Assembly: GCA_016748015.1 (NCBI GenBank)
Contig: JAAOMT010000112.1
Location: 124,644-188,643 of the forward strand
From: Geosiphon pyriformis uo1
Lineage: Eukaryota > Fungi > Glomeromycota
DNA: 64,000 bases
Reading direction: 5' to 3'
This document shows, piece by piece, positions 15,616 to 32,665 of the stretch (position 1 is the first letter of the stretch; the number at the start of each line of letters is the position of its first letter). The notes beneath the pieces are model-generated. The model ran no database searches. It was not told the origin of the DNA and worked only from the letters and a program-made list of their open reading frames with translations. The position numbers and the translations under genes were made by a program.

Positions 15616-16502
15616 ATGTCTCAAGCTATTGGCAAAGTAATATTTCTTTCATTAATTCCCAAGTTCAAAAATCCATATTAACGTGCTTTGATAGTTTTAA
15701 TTATTGCTATTCTGTCCCGGGGGATATTTTAATTGCAAAATTACCATATTCTTCCTTTTTGGGCATAGACGGGACTTGCTTACTCAAGAGTATGGCATCT
15801 TGTAGACGCGCGGGATAGAATTCTTGGACGCATGTCCACAGGCATCGCGGTCACTTTGATGGGCAAACATAAACCAATATTTGATCCAGCATGTATGGTA
15901 TCTTTAAAAACCTACTTGAATTTCTAGAAAGTAAAACGCTACTAACTGCATTAAGATTATTCTATATAGCCGACTGTGGGGATTATGTTGTTGTCATTAA
16001 TGCTAAGGAAGTTAAGGTCACGGGGCGAAAAGCTGAACAAAAGGTTTACAGATATCACACAGGTTATCCTGGGGGACTCAAAGAGATACCATATGCGAGA
16101 ATGATGGAAAGAAATCCTACAGATGTAGGGAATTCATCTTTCATTGCTTCGATATGCTCTTTCCACTTAAACATAAAATATTACTATCTTGATTTTCAGA
16201 TTATTCGGAGGGCGGTTTCTGGAATGCTTCCAAAGAACAAATTGCGGGAAACACGACTTAGCCGTCTGCTTATTTTTCCTGAGGATAAACATCCCTATGA
16301 AGGAAACCTTATAAAATACTACGATGACCCATGGCAAAAAAATCTGGCATCTGCCTCCAATACGGAGGGAAACTCCAACAAGAATTCCGATTCGAATACC
16401 ACTAAAGCTCAAGGGCAAATTCAACAAATCGCTTCAGTAGAAAAAAAATCAGATAAGGATGTCAGAAAGGCCTCAAAGCAGAAAAAGGAAAAATCCTCCT
16501 AA
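15616..16502 (+). CDS. Mitochondrial ribosomal protein uL13m (yeast MRPL23-like), 4 exons
   Basis: MSQAIGK|[62 protein letters not shown]. Confidence 0.95.
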
Positions 16503-16577
16503 TAGGAAGCCTTCCTACCGAGAAACTAAACTATACAGCTCCAAAGATGTAATTTTTGACAGATCATCATTTCCATG

Positions 16578-17832
16578 CTAGTGCTCAAGTTCTACGCGCT
16601 TTCCAGGCACCGAATTTATAACGGCCTTTTTTATATTATACCACATTTGCAGTTTGATTGTTAGACATTTAGCCTTGTCCAGATCATTCTTTTGGAACGC
16701 CTGGGATAAACCAGTTATGGTTGAGTTAATCTGTGCTAGATTATTGGGGATAAGTTTGTTAAAGAATGTTTTTCTCGTAAAATAAACTTATAAAGAATAG
16801 TCACCTTCCGTCTCTTCTCTCTTAACCTTAAGCTGTTCTTCTGTTAATTCTTCTTCCAAACATTCTTGAAATTCCATCACTTCCATCAATATTTCTGTAT
16901 CTACTATTGATTGTGTTTCTGCTATAAAGATATTATTCAAACGAAGCTGCATGAGAATGTTAAAAAGGTCGGTAAAGAATTATAAAAGGTAGAAAAGCAT
17001 AAATCTCGTCAGCGTTGGTACCATATATTGTGCTCTGGCCAGAGGATCTCGGAGCACTTGGTAGGCTTCGTTGATCATTGAAGACAGGTTTGTGGCGTAA
17101 ATGTACTCTTTCTATAGAACATGTTGCGTTAGGTTTTTGAGAGGAATGAAAGGGTGGGACTATTCGAAATGAAACCTCTTCAATTGAACTCAGAAAGAGT
17201 CGAATTGAACTCATTTGAACTTTAGTCATTAAAATAATAAAGTTTGCGTTTGCAAGTAATTCTGGCCTTAAGACAGGTCAATGAACCCCAAACTCACCGA
17301 GTCTTTTTGTGAATAACGGTCAGGGTGAACTTGTCGCTGAAGTACCAAGAAATTATGGCGGAGCACCGCTAGATCAATTTCAAATGATCCCTTTCTTCGA
17401 TAAAAACGTAATTTATTAATTAATAAGAATAGAGAAATGAGTATGAAATGAAGTTACTCACTTTTCTTCGGGACCTTTCTCTACACCTAGCAGTTGAAAA
17501 TAATTGACATCACTAGGTAAATTTTGTTGAATTATACCACAATCAACCCGCCCACAGTGAAGAGAAAAATAGTCCAGTTCCGAATGGCATTTCCAACATT
17601 GTCTCCTCCCCTCTGCCTTTAAAGAATGATAAGTTGAAATGAAGCAACGGAAACTCTGAGAAGGAATGTTTGTTATCAAGGTATGCGACAATTTCAAGTT
17701 TTGTTGAATGGCAAGGATTTCAGGAATAGCCCTTCCCAGTGTAACTTTCCAGGGAGTGCAAAAAGATCTGAAAGAACAAAATATGTGTAATATTTCACGA
17801 CGTCTTAAGAGATTTGACATTTTTGTGAACAT
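16578..17832 (-). CDS. JAC1: Fe-S cluster co-chaperone Jac1/HscB (J domain plus HscB C-terminal domain); start may be 17820
   Basis: CWKC..C..C zinc motif, NYFQLLG, LQRQVHPDRY, SSMINEAYQVLRDPLARAQYML, ILMEVMEFQE, AKCLTIKLQMW. Confidence 0.9.
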
Positions 17833-18009
17833 ATTATATGTAAAGTAAAAAAACAAAAATGTCTAGATTGGTGTCTGATGTCTGAAAGGCTCTTCAAACT
17901 TGCGCTAATTATATTAATTACATCTTTAGCAGCTCTGTATTCAGAGTCTTGAAAGTCGGAAGATCAAAATCATTCGAGATCATTCTGAAAGTTGTAAGTT
18001 CGCAGTATT

Positions 18010-19850
18010 TAAATCTTTTTTTAAATTGATTATTTAATCAATTTTTTAATTGAAATTTTTAAAATACTTTGTTAATGATTATAGGTTTTTTTTATTAATT
18101 TAATATTTAATATTTTTACTTGTTAAATATAATTTAGTTATATATTTATCTATCTATTTATTTAATTAAACAAAATTTGGCATTTTTAAAAACTTTATAA
18201 AATAATTATAATATTCAATATTATTAAAATTGTAATATTTGGTTGTTTTTTTTTAAGTTTTTAATTAATTAATGAATTAATATTTAATATTAACCAAAAA
18301 TATTAATATTGATTACAAACCAAACTGAAATTTGTAAATTAAAAAATTTAATTTTTTTAATTTTTTTTTATATTTTTATAACTACATCTAAAACAAAAAT
18401 AAAAAAATAACAATTTTTTATTATTGTTTTTAGTAATTTAATAATTAAAAAACTTACAAAATTTTTATTAAAAGCAGTTTTAGTATAATTTATGTTTTCA
18501 AAAAAGCCTATAAAAAATTAGTAGTCAAATTATTTTTTTCAAATTTATTCTTTTTATTATTGCTTAAATAACCAAAAAAGAAAAACCAATTTTTTTTTAA
18601 ATTTAAAATAATTAATTTTTTTAAAATATCAAAAAATATTTCTTTTAATGTTTTATAAAATAAAATTTTCAACTTAAAACATGTTTTTTATAAGAAATAA
18701 AATATTAATTTTTTAGTTTTTATACCAATTTTATTATAATTATATTAATTAAAATACTTAATTTTAATCTAACTATAAACAATAATTTTTTTATTTTAAA
18801 TAATAATAATAATATATTTATTAAAGCTTGTTTTGATTAATATATGGCTAAATTAATTTGTATTAAAATTGGGTTTTAGTTTTTATATAACTTTTTTGGT
18901 TTAAATCAAGTATTAAAAATAATATTAAATTTTTTTAATTGATTTTTTTCTTAATCATATTGTTTTTAAGTATATAATTACATTTGTTTTATTTTTTGGT
19001 TCTTAAATTTTACTTAATAATTAAAATATGTTATTATTATTTTTAGTTTTTAAAAAAATTTAAATATTGTTATAATTAAAAATAATATTTTATTTTTAAT
19101 AAAAAAGTTCTAATTATTAATTTTGTTTTGAGTATTAAGACTTAAATTATTTAGTTTTTAAATATAAAGTGTTTTTATTTTATCTACTAAAAAATTTGTT
19201 TAAGTTTGTAATTAGTTTTAAAATTTTTAAAAATTGTAAAGTTTTATGTTAAAACTATTGTTTTTTAAATTTTTACATTATTGTTATTATTAATTTTATA
19301 ATAGAAAAAACAAAAAAATTAATTATTCTAATTAAAAATAATTGATTTAAGTTATTTAGAATGCAATTATGGCCAATATTTTGTAAAAACATTAATAATT
19401 TAAGTAATATTTTTTTATAATATCATTTTTTTTTAAATTATTTTTTATTTTGACTTTTTATTAATAATAACAAAACTTTATTTACAAATTAATTGTTATT
19501 TCTTAATTAATTTGTTTTTTAAACTAAATTAAAAATCTAAATTCTGTTTGCTATAATATTTTTTGTTATGTAATCTTATTTTTTTAATTATGTTTAAATT
19601 ACTTTTATTATTAAAAATTTTTGATTAAAAAGCTTTAAATTTTTTATGTTAAATAATATAACATATGTATTAAAAATAATTTTAATAAAGTTTTAATAAT
19701 AATTTTATATATTGTATAAAATTAATTCGAATTATTTGTATTGAGCTTTTATATTATACAAATTATATACTATTAAACTTTACATTATTATTTTATTATA
19801 TTTTAAAATTGGATTATTAGTTTTTTATTTTATCACAAATTGTATAGAAA
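18010..19850. other. Near C/G-free AT-rich block inside the gene island (probable hypermutated TE)
   Basis: Abrupt composition switch at both ends; no ORF reported in the track. Confidence 0.65.
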
Positions 19851-20226
19851 CGTACTAATACGCGATACGTTGTAATAAGCTTCAAGGCTTGGGGGGAAGG
19901 TAATCCCCTTGGCCTAAAGGGAAAGAATAGAACATCAACGGATTGTCTCCCATGTAATAATGTAATCTCATGATCAATATTTGGAAAGTAGGGTTATTTC
20001 GTAGACCTTGAGGGTAAATGGTCTAGCACTAGGTGTGTTCCTCTGAGAGCTTTAACGAACTCGGACTTTTTCGTTAAATGGCAAATCTTCTCTAACGGCA
20101 AAAAATCGAATCAAAAATTTACGCAAGTAAACGTCTCAATAATGTCCCAAATTTGGTGAATACTTTCAAATTGAAGCTGAAATTTCAAAAGAGATAAACC
20201 TACGCAAAACCTTAATAAACGATTTA

Positions 20227-23528
<3,302 letters not shown>

Positions 23529-23630
23529 TTTTGAGGTAATTTTTGAAAAAGTAATAAAATTATGTAGAATTTCCTTGAAGATTGTGATGTGTTAAGAACT
23601 CCTAAAGATTAGCTTCAACTGTTTATAAAG

Positions 23631-23672
23631 ACGCGACGTGTTTACATTAGGAATGATGATCTTACGCGGAAA
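23631..23672. promoter_or_regulatory. Putative G1/S elements upstream of MCM5 (MCB-like ACGCG x2; E2F-like CGCGGAAA)
   Basis: ACGCGACGT at 23631 and ACGCGGAAA at 23664, ~100-145 bp upstream of the MCM5 ATG. Confidence 0.45.
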
Positions 23673-23849
23673 TCTGACATGATTTAACAGGCCAATCAAA
23701 TTATGTTTCAATAGATCAAATAAAATTACAGTAATACAATGTAGTTGAGAATGTCATGTTCAAAACTGCCACCATATTTAAAGCTTTATCACTTGACGAT
23801 TTTTAACATGAAATGAGAGTCATGATCCCGATAGGTATCCTTTTTTTGC

Positions 23850-26800
23850 TTATATATCTTGCTTTGGTTTGATGAAAACCATAATCTCATCATCCTCGAG
23901 ATTTTCCTTTACTCCTGGCATCAAAACTTTCAACTCTCGATCAGTTGAGTGATCGACTCCTGGAGAATTGGCTTTGATGACAAATCTCACTTTCGGCAGG
24001 CGAACTTTACCAGCGGCCAATGGAAAACAATTGACCTTGAAAAGATAGGTGGATAAAGGTAACACGCGAAAGAGGGTCTGTTTGTAACCAGCAAACACGA
24101 ACGCCTCGTGTACTTCAACGTAAACATGAATCTCAGAGGTCATGTTTGTCGAATTCATGATAGTGTAAATTAAGGTGAAAAGTTGTCCGACAACAGGAGC
24201 TGATGGGATTGCTAAAACAGATTATATGATTCATTTATTCAAAAGAAATTAAATTCAAACGAGATTCGATTCCAAAACTTACATATGATTGCCGATAATG
24301 GAATTTTATTCGCCTCTAGTGAGGGTCCCTGAATCGTGGTTTTGTTGACGATCTCATCATCATTAGACTTTGTCAATCTGCTCCAAATTAACACAAGAGA
24401 TCCTGATTTAATTGGGATTGCAAAGGATAATGGATCCATGATAGTGAGCTCCAGGAGATAATTTACTTGATAAACATTGCCAGGCCTCCACACTATTTCA
24501 AATCAAAAATTTTGAACGTTAATTTTATCACTGATATAAAAGATCTTTTAAAAATCCTTTATACAAATAGTACCTTGTTGTTGAAAAGTATCCTCTAAAT
24601 CTGTCGAGAAACCTTTGATTTCTAACTTGACATTTGAATCAGATATATCTGGCTGATATTATTGGGTATGTCGTAAAGTGTAAGTACCAAATATTGGAAA
24701 TTTGTTTTTATTTTGTTTAAACCGCTTAAGACTTGCCAAGATTAGATCAATTCCTGACACGCGTATATCCCAAGGTCCAGTACTTATAATCTTTGCAACT
24801 AAGAGTTGCTTTTCTAATTTTCCATAAGATTCGCCGTCAGGTAATTTATAAAACGAAACTCCTTGATATTGTGGAAAGGAGCTAAAGGAAACCTCAAAAG
24901 GTAAAATAAAGGGTATTCTTAATTCCTCTTCTTTTTCAATCCAGCCTGAAGTAGGGGGCGGCGTAGGAGGTATAGATGTTGCCGACGCGTACCAAACCTA
25001 GAAGAAAAACAGAAGAGATTTGTGAAACCTAATTATTGAACTTCAACAAAAAATAGTAATACAAAAACTCACTGATATATGAAGTGTTCGCGGTATCGGA
25101 AATTTCTCTCCAAAAACATATATTTTTTGAATGGATGACTCCCCAGCCGGTACAATTCCCACATCGATTTCATTAAGGCTTTGTCTGCCTATCACAGCTG
25201 GATCTGATGTCACATATGCATCTAGCACTGTGAAATTCATAAAAAGTATTTAGGATTACAATAGGTAAATACAAGTTCCCAATATTTGGAGCGAAACTAC
25301 CTTCAAAATCCAAGGAAACCAACTCTGCATTAAGGATGACTTTAACATCTTCGGATTCCAAGTTGAGGATGACTAACTCTATTTGATAATGCTCATCCAA
25401 AAGTGCTGGTGAATGATGGTTGACTTGAATTTCGACCTTGGCACTTTTTTGTGTCACCCTAATAGTATGAAAATTTAAAAAATTGTTGATTTTATAGACA
25501 AATTGATCAAGCTCTGATGATATTATACTTTATCGAGGTTTGATCGCCCCTTCCCTCCAATGTAATAAATTTTGGTAAGACGGCTGTAAAGCAGGATTAT
25601 TAGGATTCCTGTAAGCGAGACTTGAATATTCGAATCTCCAATACTTGCCATTTGTGCCATCAATAATATCACCAAATTCTAACCACTTGCGCCGAACTTT
25701 TTTAGCAGATTGATCAGGGGCAATATTGAAATTTAAATCAACTTTCCAGTATGGTGACAATAGTCCCAAGGATATAGAGAGAAGCTATGAATGGTCAATA
25801 AATCAATTTCAAAGAGTAAAAAATATTATAAATCCAGACTTTAATATTTAAAGGTTCAATTACTGTCAGCTCCCCACTTTCTTTTGGTATAATCATGCCT
25901 TCATAGACTAGAGTGGAACCTTTGGTAATATTCAAATTGACCATTTTTGTCCAAAAAAAGCCGACACCCTCTATTTCTTTTAGTTGACAATCTCGAAGAT
26001 CAACCCATTTCAGCTTTTGGTTTTGGCCCCCTGAATTCCCGTTATCTGTCACACAATAATTGAAATATGCGTCATTAAAAGATAATCGTAAAATATCGAA
26101 TCTCAATGGGATTGCAGGCGAATGAGTGGGAGTTGTAATGGTAATCTGAAATGGTGTGGAGGCCCCGACAAATGTTGAAGTTGGTTTGAATTGGAATTGA
26201 CATGTTACTATTTTAAATTATTATGTTAAAGGATTTCTTTCAATATAATTGATATGATAGCGCTTGAATAAGAAGCTTCTTTTTTGATATTAAAGTTAAC
26301 AAGGATACAAAATGAATTAATGAGATTCATATCAATCATAACCGGTCTATGAGTTACAGAATTTATAACATCGTTCTGTTGAGTTAGAATTTATAAGTTT
26401 GAAGTTACTATTTGTCAACATACTTAAAGTACCAAAAAAAGGGCGATGATCCCACCTCATATAAAATATCCATTAAATGATTTTGCACCTCAATACGCTT
26501 TTCATTTGTAGAACTAACATCTAGAGATAGAATGCAATTAATCATTTTCCATATATTATTCATCTTCAAATTCAAAATTCAATTAAAATATTCTTTACTA
26601 TTTGACATGAGCTCAACCAAATATTCGACCACATTTTCCCACGCTTCTAACTCTTTTGCACACCTTAATGACAATCGAAGTATAGATTCAAGTACAGCAT
26701 CCCAATGTTCTTTTCGATATGTTTTGGCGATTCGTTCAAAAAATCTGATTATGATAAAGGAGTTCTGTTAGGTAACATATTAAATGTAAAAAGATAAAAA

Positions 26801-29283
26801 TTCCAAGAGACGAACTTTAGGGCCATTTCATATTTGCCCGCCTCGAAATATGTCCCTGCAATTTCTGATGCGAGATACAGCGTCATACGACCACTTTTGT
26901 ATTTTTTGAACTGTTCGTAACTTTTCGTTAATAATTCAATGGTTAACTTTGAATGATCTATATTTCCTTCGGCAGTCAATATTGGTGCAGGAGGAAGTTT
27001 CGATGTATCAATATTTTCTTTGATAAGCTAAAAATGTATTAATGTAGAAATATAGAAATATATCTCCATTAACAATATTTGATTTGCCAACTTAATATCG
27101 AGATATGTTTTTGTATTTCAGATGAGTTTACTTTTTGGATGGTAAGATATCTTTTTCTTCTTTCAGATGTACAAGTTGCCGCAAAATGGTAATAGAAACC
27201 GGCATGTTGAAGCATCATTTTTGGATTGAGACCCATAGGCCCATATCCGGTTATGTGACGATAATCAGATGAAGTAGAAGAGGAAGAAAAGGTGGGAATT
27301 TTGAACCCAAATCTTGTAGCAATATCCAAGAGATCCCCAAATATGTGATATTGCTTGGAAAACCATGCCCAATATTCGAAGGTTTCTTCCCCAATACCCC
27401 AAATGTTAGAGAGCTTTCGAAAGGTGACAATATGTCGGTTTAATTGAGTCATGGCTGCTGAAGGCGCATCAAGATAAAGATTCAATTTGCAAATCTGGCA
27501 ATTGAGGTGGTAAATTCTTGGGGGCTGCAAAAAAACAGATTAAATGAAAATATTGAAAATGAACCTTTAAGTTAATGCAATCGGCCAAAACTTTTGCTTC
27601 TGCCCATCGTTTGGTGCGTATCGGAAATCCAGGTGCTCCAGGAGTTATCGTCGAGGTAGGAGCAAACATATCCAAGAGTAGGTTGTAAGCCGATTCGTAA
27701 TATCTGAAAATGTGGATGCAATTAACATCATCTAAAATTTAAGAATCCTTTTGATTCAGACTTCAATTAAAAAGAAGGCCTTTTTACCTCAAAGCAGTAT
27801 CCATCTCTTGACGAAATTCCGCAAATGCCGCCATTTTGTAATCGTACCTGATCATCCATCCTTGAACTCCGAGTGGTAGTGGCGTGTTTCGTGATTGATC
27901 CGCTGAATGTGGCACATAGCCGATTGAAGCTGGGGATGGTAGCCTTGACCGTTTCTTTTTGACTCGTTTCCCATGCTCCCGATAATAACCCAGGGTAACT
28001 TCGTATAATGATTTCTGAAGGCTTAATTAATTTATATTTATAAGAACACTTTGAATGTTTTTTATCAATATATAAATGTATTAGCTGAACTTTAGCTTTT
28101 TACTTTGTGGTGAAATTTTGTAGTTCACTTTGTGCAGTTGGAGGCAAAACAAAGAAAGAGTTTTTTTGTTCTAAACCACAACCTCTGCGAATAGATCCTA
28201 ATCTTTCTTCAATGGTCGGATCGTCTGTAAGAATAGAGAAGTGATGTTTAAAGACAAAACACAGACCAGCAGCTTGAATAAATGAAAAAATGTATACAAT
28301 ATGTATTCACCAATATGCTGCTGCTTCAGAATAACAACTGCAGCAAACCTGATGCCTCGATCGTATATTGTCCTCCTAAAAAGTAAATATCAATAAGTCA
28401 AAAGGCAAATTTATTCTCAAAAATCGCCGAGTAAATTTTGCTTTGACACAATGTGTGATGCAGCTGACCTCCTCTCACTAATTTCAGCGGCCAACTGGGC
28501 GTCCCGCTCTTTTTCAAAGTTTTCAGTTGTTCCTAAAGGCTCGTGGGCTGTTGTCGCGACAATATTAGTTTCTGCCTTTATTGTGCCATCACTATCCGCT
28601 CCACCAATCATTGTCGACCAATCCCACAAATCATAAAATCCTACAACAAGAGCAGGTACATTTTCTCGATGTTTGCGCACCCATATTGGTGAGATCAAAC
28701 CATCAGGATATAAAGGTGAGCCTGGTGTCAATGGGGATAGAGGAGAGTGTGGAACCGGCATTATTGAATGTGAGGTAGAGGAAGGAATTCGCGAATTAGA
28801 TTTTCGGGGAAGAAACTCGTGATTCTGAGCAATTCAAAAAAAGAGTCCATTTATTCCCGAAATTGGTCATTTTAAGTGAATGTTAAACATATTTTGATCT
28901 AAAACAAGAGGGACTTAATCCAAAAGATTTGCTGCTTTAAAGACTCTAGTATTCTCTTGCAAGGGAGCAACAACCTCTTAAGCTCTTTCTATAGTAAATC
29001 ATCGCACCTTTTCAACGGCGACAACACGAAAGATAGAGCCTGACGCCTTTCCAGTCTCCCATATGCCTCCTTGGTTTTTAGCTGTTAGAAGCGTCAATAA
29101 ACTTTTGGATAACTGCTGTCTCGTGGATATCGGGGGTGAACCAGTGCTGACGGAACTACGCCTTGAAGCTGGGGAGGTCGGGGACGTAGGAGAAGTTGGT
29201 TCTGAATCATTTCCAAGACCCAAACCTATGACAGCCATTAGAGGCACATTGTGGAGAATAAATTCGCGAGGAAGTGATTCCAT
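23850..29283 (-). CDS. TRAPP III subunit TRAPPC11 (Foie gras/Gryzun family), multi-exon
   Basis: MESLPREFILHNVPLMAVIGL, HSPLSPLTPGSPLYPDGLISPIWVRKH, YYREHGKRVKKK, GWMIRYDYKMAAFAEFRQE, RWAEAKVLADCINLK, QHAGFYY, DHSKLTIELL, FVFAGYKQ..PLAAGKVRLP. Confidence 0.92.
26208..26308 (-). other. U12-type (minor spliceosome) GT-AG intron in TRAPPC11
   Basis: 5'SS GTATCCTT, branch site TCCTTTAAC ~18 nt before the 3' TAG, no polypyrimidine tract; splicing restores INSF-L-TCQFQF. Confidence 0.85.
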
Positions 29284-30215
29284 ATTCCCTATAAAAAACC
29301 ACAAGTTTAGATAACCTGATCTAATTTCAATTGTGTTAAATTGCGTAAATTTATTGAGTTTACTTTTTCAATTACAAATAGTTTTTTAGCAAAAACAAAA
29401 CAAAAAAGCCAAATTAAATAAATTAAATAACCAAAAGTAAAATTAGACATATAAATATTTTTAAATTAATTTAATAATTACCATAAAAATTTAATATGTA
29501 TATAGTTCAATCAGTCCATTCTTGTTTTATAACGAATTAAATAATAAACCAAAAATAAATTAATAATCACCCAATTGAATCAGTGCTCAGAACATACTTT
29601 GAAATGTTCAAAGGTTTTCAAATACTGCTAGTAATCAAATATTCCAAGAATTATATTCTGAAAAGTTGCTGTACGCCCCACATAATCAGCTTGTATCAAT
29701 TTAACAATCTCTTGGAATCCAAAAGTTAGGACGGTTCCTATTTACAAAAAATATATTAAAGCTCATCTCCCAACATTCATTATGTGATCACAGGCAAGAC
29801 TCAAACCTTCAGAAAACACCTTATGATGTACTCCAGGTTCAACTATGCCACGTAGCAACACTTGAGTGACTAAGTGCTCCCAGTTTTGATTTAAATAATT
29901 TCCGACACAAAATTCTAATTTGCCAAATTTCCACGTTAACTGGATGTATCGTTAAATAAATCAAAAAAATCTTGAATGCCTTGCAATTGAAGTACGATAG
30001 AACTATCCAAAAAAATCAAACCTGCAGCCTTGACATGGTCACTATTTTCATAAACTATTTCCATTGTTAACTTCTTAAAAGACTTGAGAATTGAAGATGA
30101 GAAAATTTAATCCCTGAAGTTCACCCGAAAATCTCACTATGTAAATAGAAATATGCCCAGAGATCACAAAAGCAAAAAAAGGTTGAATTTATATTATAGT
30201 AACAGATAAGTACCA

Positions 30216-32418
30216 TTAATATTGACCCCCTTCTAACATCTTGGTCCAATCCCATTTTTTCCAGCTCTTAATAAATTCTTGCACACGTCGATGATTCTCC
30301 TTTGAGTTCAACTTTTTAGGACGTCGCCAAACATCAGGAGATAAATCACACATTCCAGCGACAATTTCCTGTATAGTAAAAAAAGACAAGTAATGAGAGC
30401 AAATTTGGGTTGAAACTTCATTATCTAGGCTCATAATCAACGCACCTTTCCAAACCAAAAAGGAAATTTTTTATTATTTTCAATAACGTGCCCAAAGCCT
30501 TTATCTAGACCGAACCATACATGAAAATAGGGCAGTTCTTTGACCATAGATTGACGGAATCCCTTGCTTTTAGTTGTAGTGATCAATTTTTTGTTTTGCG
30601 ACCAATCGCTTTCGCTTGACATAATAGCCTCCTAAATAAACAGCAGTCAAAGCGAGGAACAAATAAAAATGAATTTTAATATAAGCATAAAGCTTTATAA
30701 TAACCTTAAAAAAAGCTGGGGCATCCTCAACTAAATCTAATGGCATAGGAATGCATTCGATCACAGTGTGTTTTTGCCATCCCAAATTAACAACTGTTTC
30801 CATAAATATGACGCCACGGTTAGCCTCGTCGAACATTTGTATGAGGCATTTCATAAAATTCTAGATAAGTAGCGTCCTTTAGTTTATGAACTTAAAAAAA
30901 CCAACATAATATAAAAACTGCGTTAACCCTAGATTCCTACCCGAATCTCGTCCCAAATATCATCGTCACATTCAATCATTGTTAAACAATGTTCAACAGG
31001 AACAATCAAACAGTGTCCATTACTCATTTCTGTTACGCTGGGTAGGGCAAGATAAGTCTTTATTCCCAAAGAGACAATGGGCACCTGGGGAAGCGAATTG
31101 TCCTTCAGACAATAAACACATCCTTCCATTATATGTTTGGATTTCTGATAATCTACAATACCAATCATTTTAAGTTAGATGCCAGCAATGAAATTGAGCT
31201 AAGAGCATTTTTGAGATACCTCGAATCATAAAATCACGCTTTTGTTGAGCAGTTTTCTGGGTAGATTTAGCAAGGCTCTCAGCCTGTTCATCCATATATT
31301 CCAAATCATCCTACAAAATAGACAAATTATTAGCTTTTAGATTCGATATATCATGAAAATCAAAGATCAAGTTCATCTAAATACCTCAAATACTGAGTCA
31401 CCTATAATTCTCTTGGCTATTTGAGAGTTCATAGGTTCTTGAAGATGAGATCGCTCATGACGTACTAAATCTTCCAAAGTCAATGAATCTTCATCTTTTT
31501 GATAACGAATTCGCGTCCCACTTTTGTCATGTGTGTCGAACTTGTAAAAAGTATAGGATCGATTTTTATATTTTTTTTTTAGAACAAAATAATGTCTATG
31601 ATAGAAACCCACCTTCTCAACTTTACGATGACCGAATGAAGTTTTTGATGTTTCATCTTCAATTGGACCGCCAATGTCATATAATCGACCACGATTGTCT
31701 ATTATAGGCAAAACTTCCACTTTTTTCTAGAACCAGGTGAAGGAAAAGAAAATTAGAGAAAGTTAAAAAACATTCATTTGAAAGTCATTTATATTATTCC
31801 AACCTTTTGTTGAAATTCACATCTATTTTTTTCTTTTAAAAATTCTTGCTCCAGCAAGTCTGCTTCTGGCAAATTGAGCATATTAGCACGAAGAGCCTTT
31901 GCTTGTAATTTGTTGAGCTCATCCTCAGTTAGTGTGGGTTTAGTGATCAACACAGAAGCCATTTTTGATTTTTGGTGAGTAACTTCATCGATGGGGGAGG
32001 CGCTTCTAGCACGTTTTTGCGAAGTTCCAAGACGGTTGGCTTCAAAGTAACTCTCTTGGGGTTTTTTGAAAGACTCGAATTTCAAAGGATTTTTGAAGTC
32101 AGTAAACACTGTCCTATAATCGCTCTCGTTTGCCTCAAATCCTGCGCCCTCAAATGTAGGAGAGGTTCGTGAAGCAATGTACGTTGGAGGAATTTCTATT
32201 TTTTTTTCGACCCAAACAGCTTCTTCCACAAGGTCTCCTTCCGTGTTGGAACTGTTTTCATCCTCTACAATATCGCCCCTTTCTTTAATAGCAATAGTGC
32301 GCTTCTTTTCATGCTTTTTGATATGCTTTCTCTCTTTTTCTTTTTTAGATTTCCTTTTACTTTTCGAATCTCTATCCGTCTTCTTGGGAAGCTTAGTGTG
32401 TTGGGTTGAAGAGTTCAT
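30216..32418 (-). CDS. CWF19-like 2 (CwfJ-domain) spliceosome protein, multi-exon; start uncertain
   Basis: ELNKLQAKALRA, CVYC, GHCLIVPVEH..DDDIWDEIRNFMKCL, HTVIECIP, AIMSSESDWSQNKKLI, LPYFHVWF..GFGHVIE, WDWTKML. Confidence 0.93.
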
Positions 32419-32454
32419 CTGAGGTTTCAAAAAGGTAAGAGAAGATAGAATGCC

Positions 32455-32479
32455 TTATTATTATTATTATTATTATTAT
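32455..32479. repeat. (TTA)n microsatellite
   Basis: About 8 perfect TTA units. Confidence 0.85.
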
Positions 32480-32665
32480 ACGAGAATAAAATATTTTGAA
32501 TTTCATAAAATTCTTAACGGATCTTTCCAAAAGGATTTAGATCAGAAAAATTTTGAATTTTGGGAATTAGTGTCTCTATGTTGGTTTTATTTGAGCAATA
32601 AGTTGATCGATTTTCTCTTCTAAATTCAAATCCATCTAAATGGTAACAATATATAAAGTCCTATT

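Noticed and set aside
29340-30200. Intergenic region between TRAPPC11 and CWF19L2 with short open frames
   Set aside because: No recognisable protein, RNA or repeat signature
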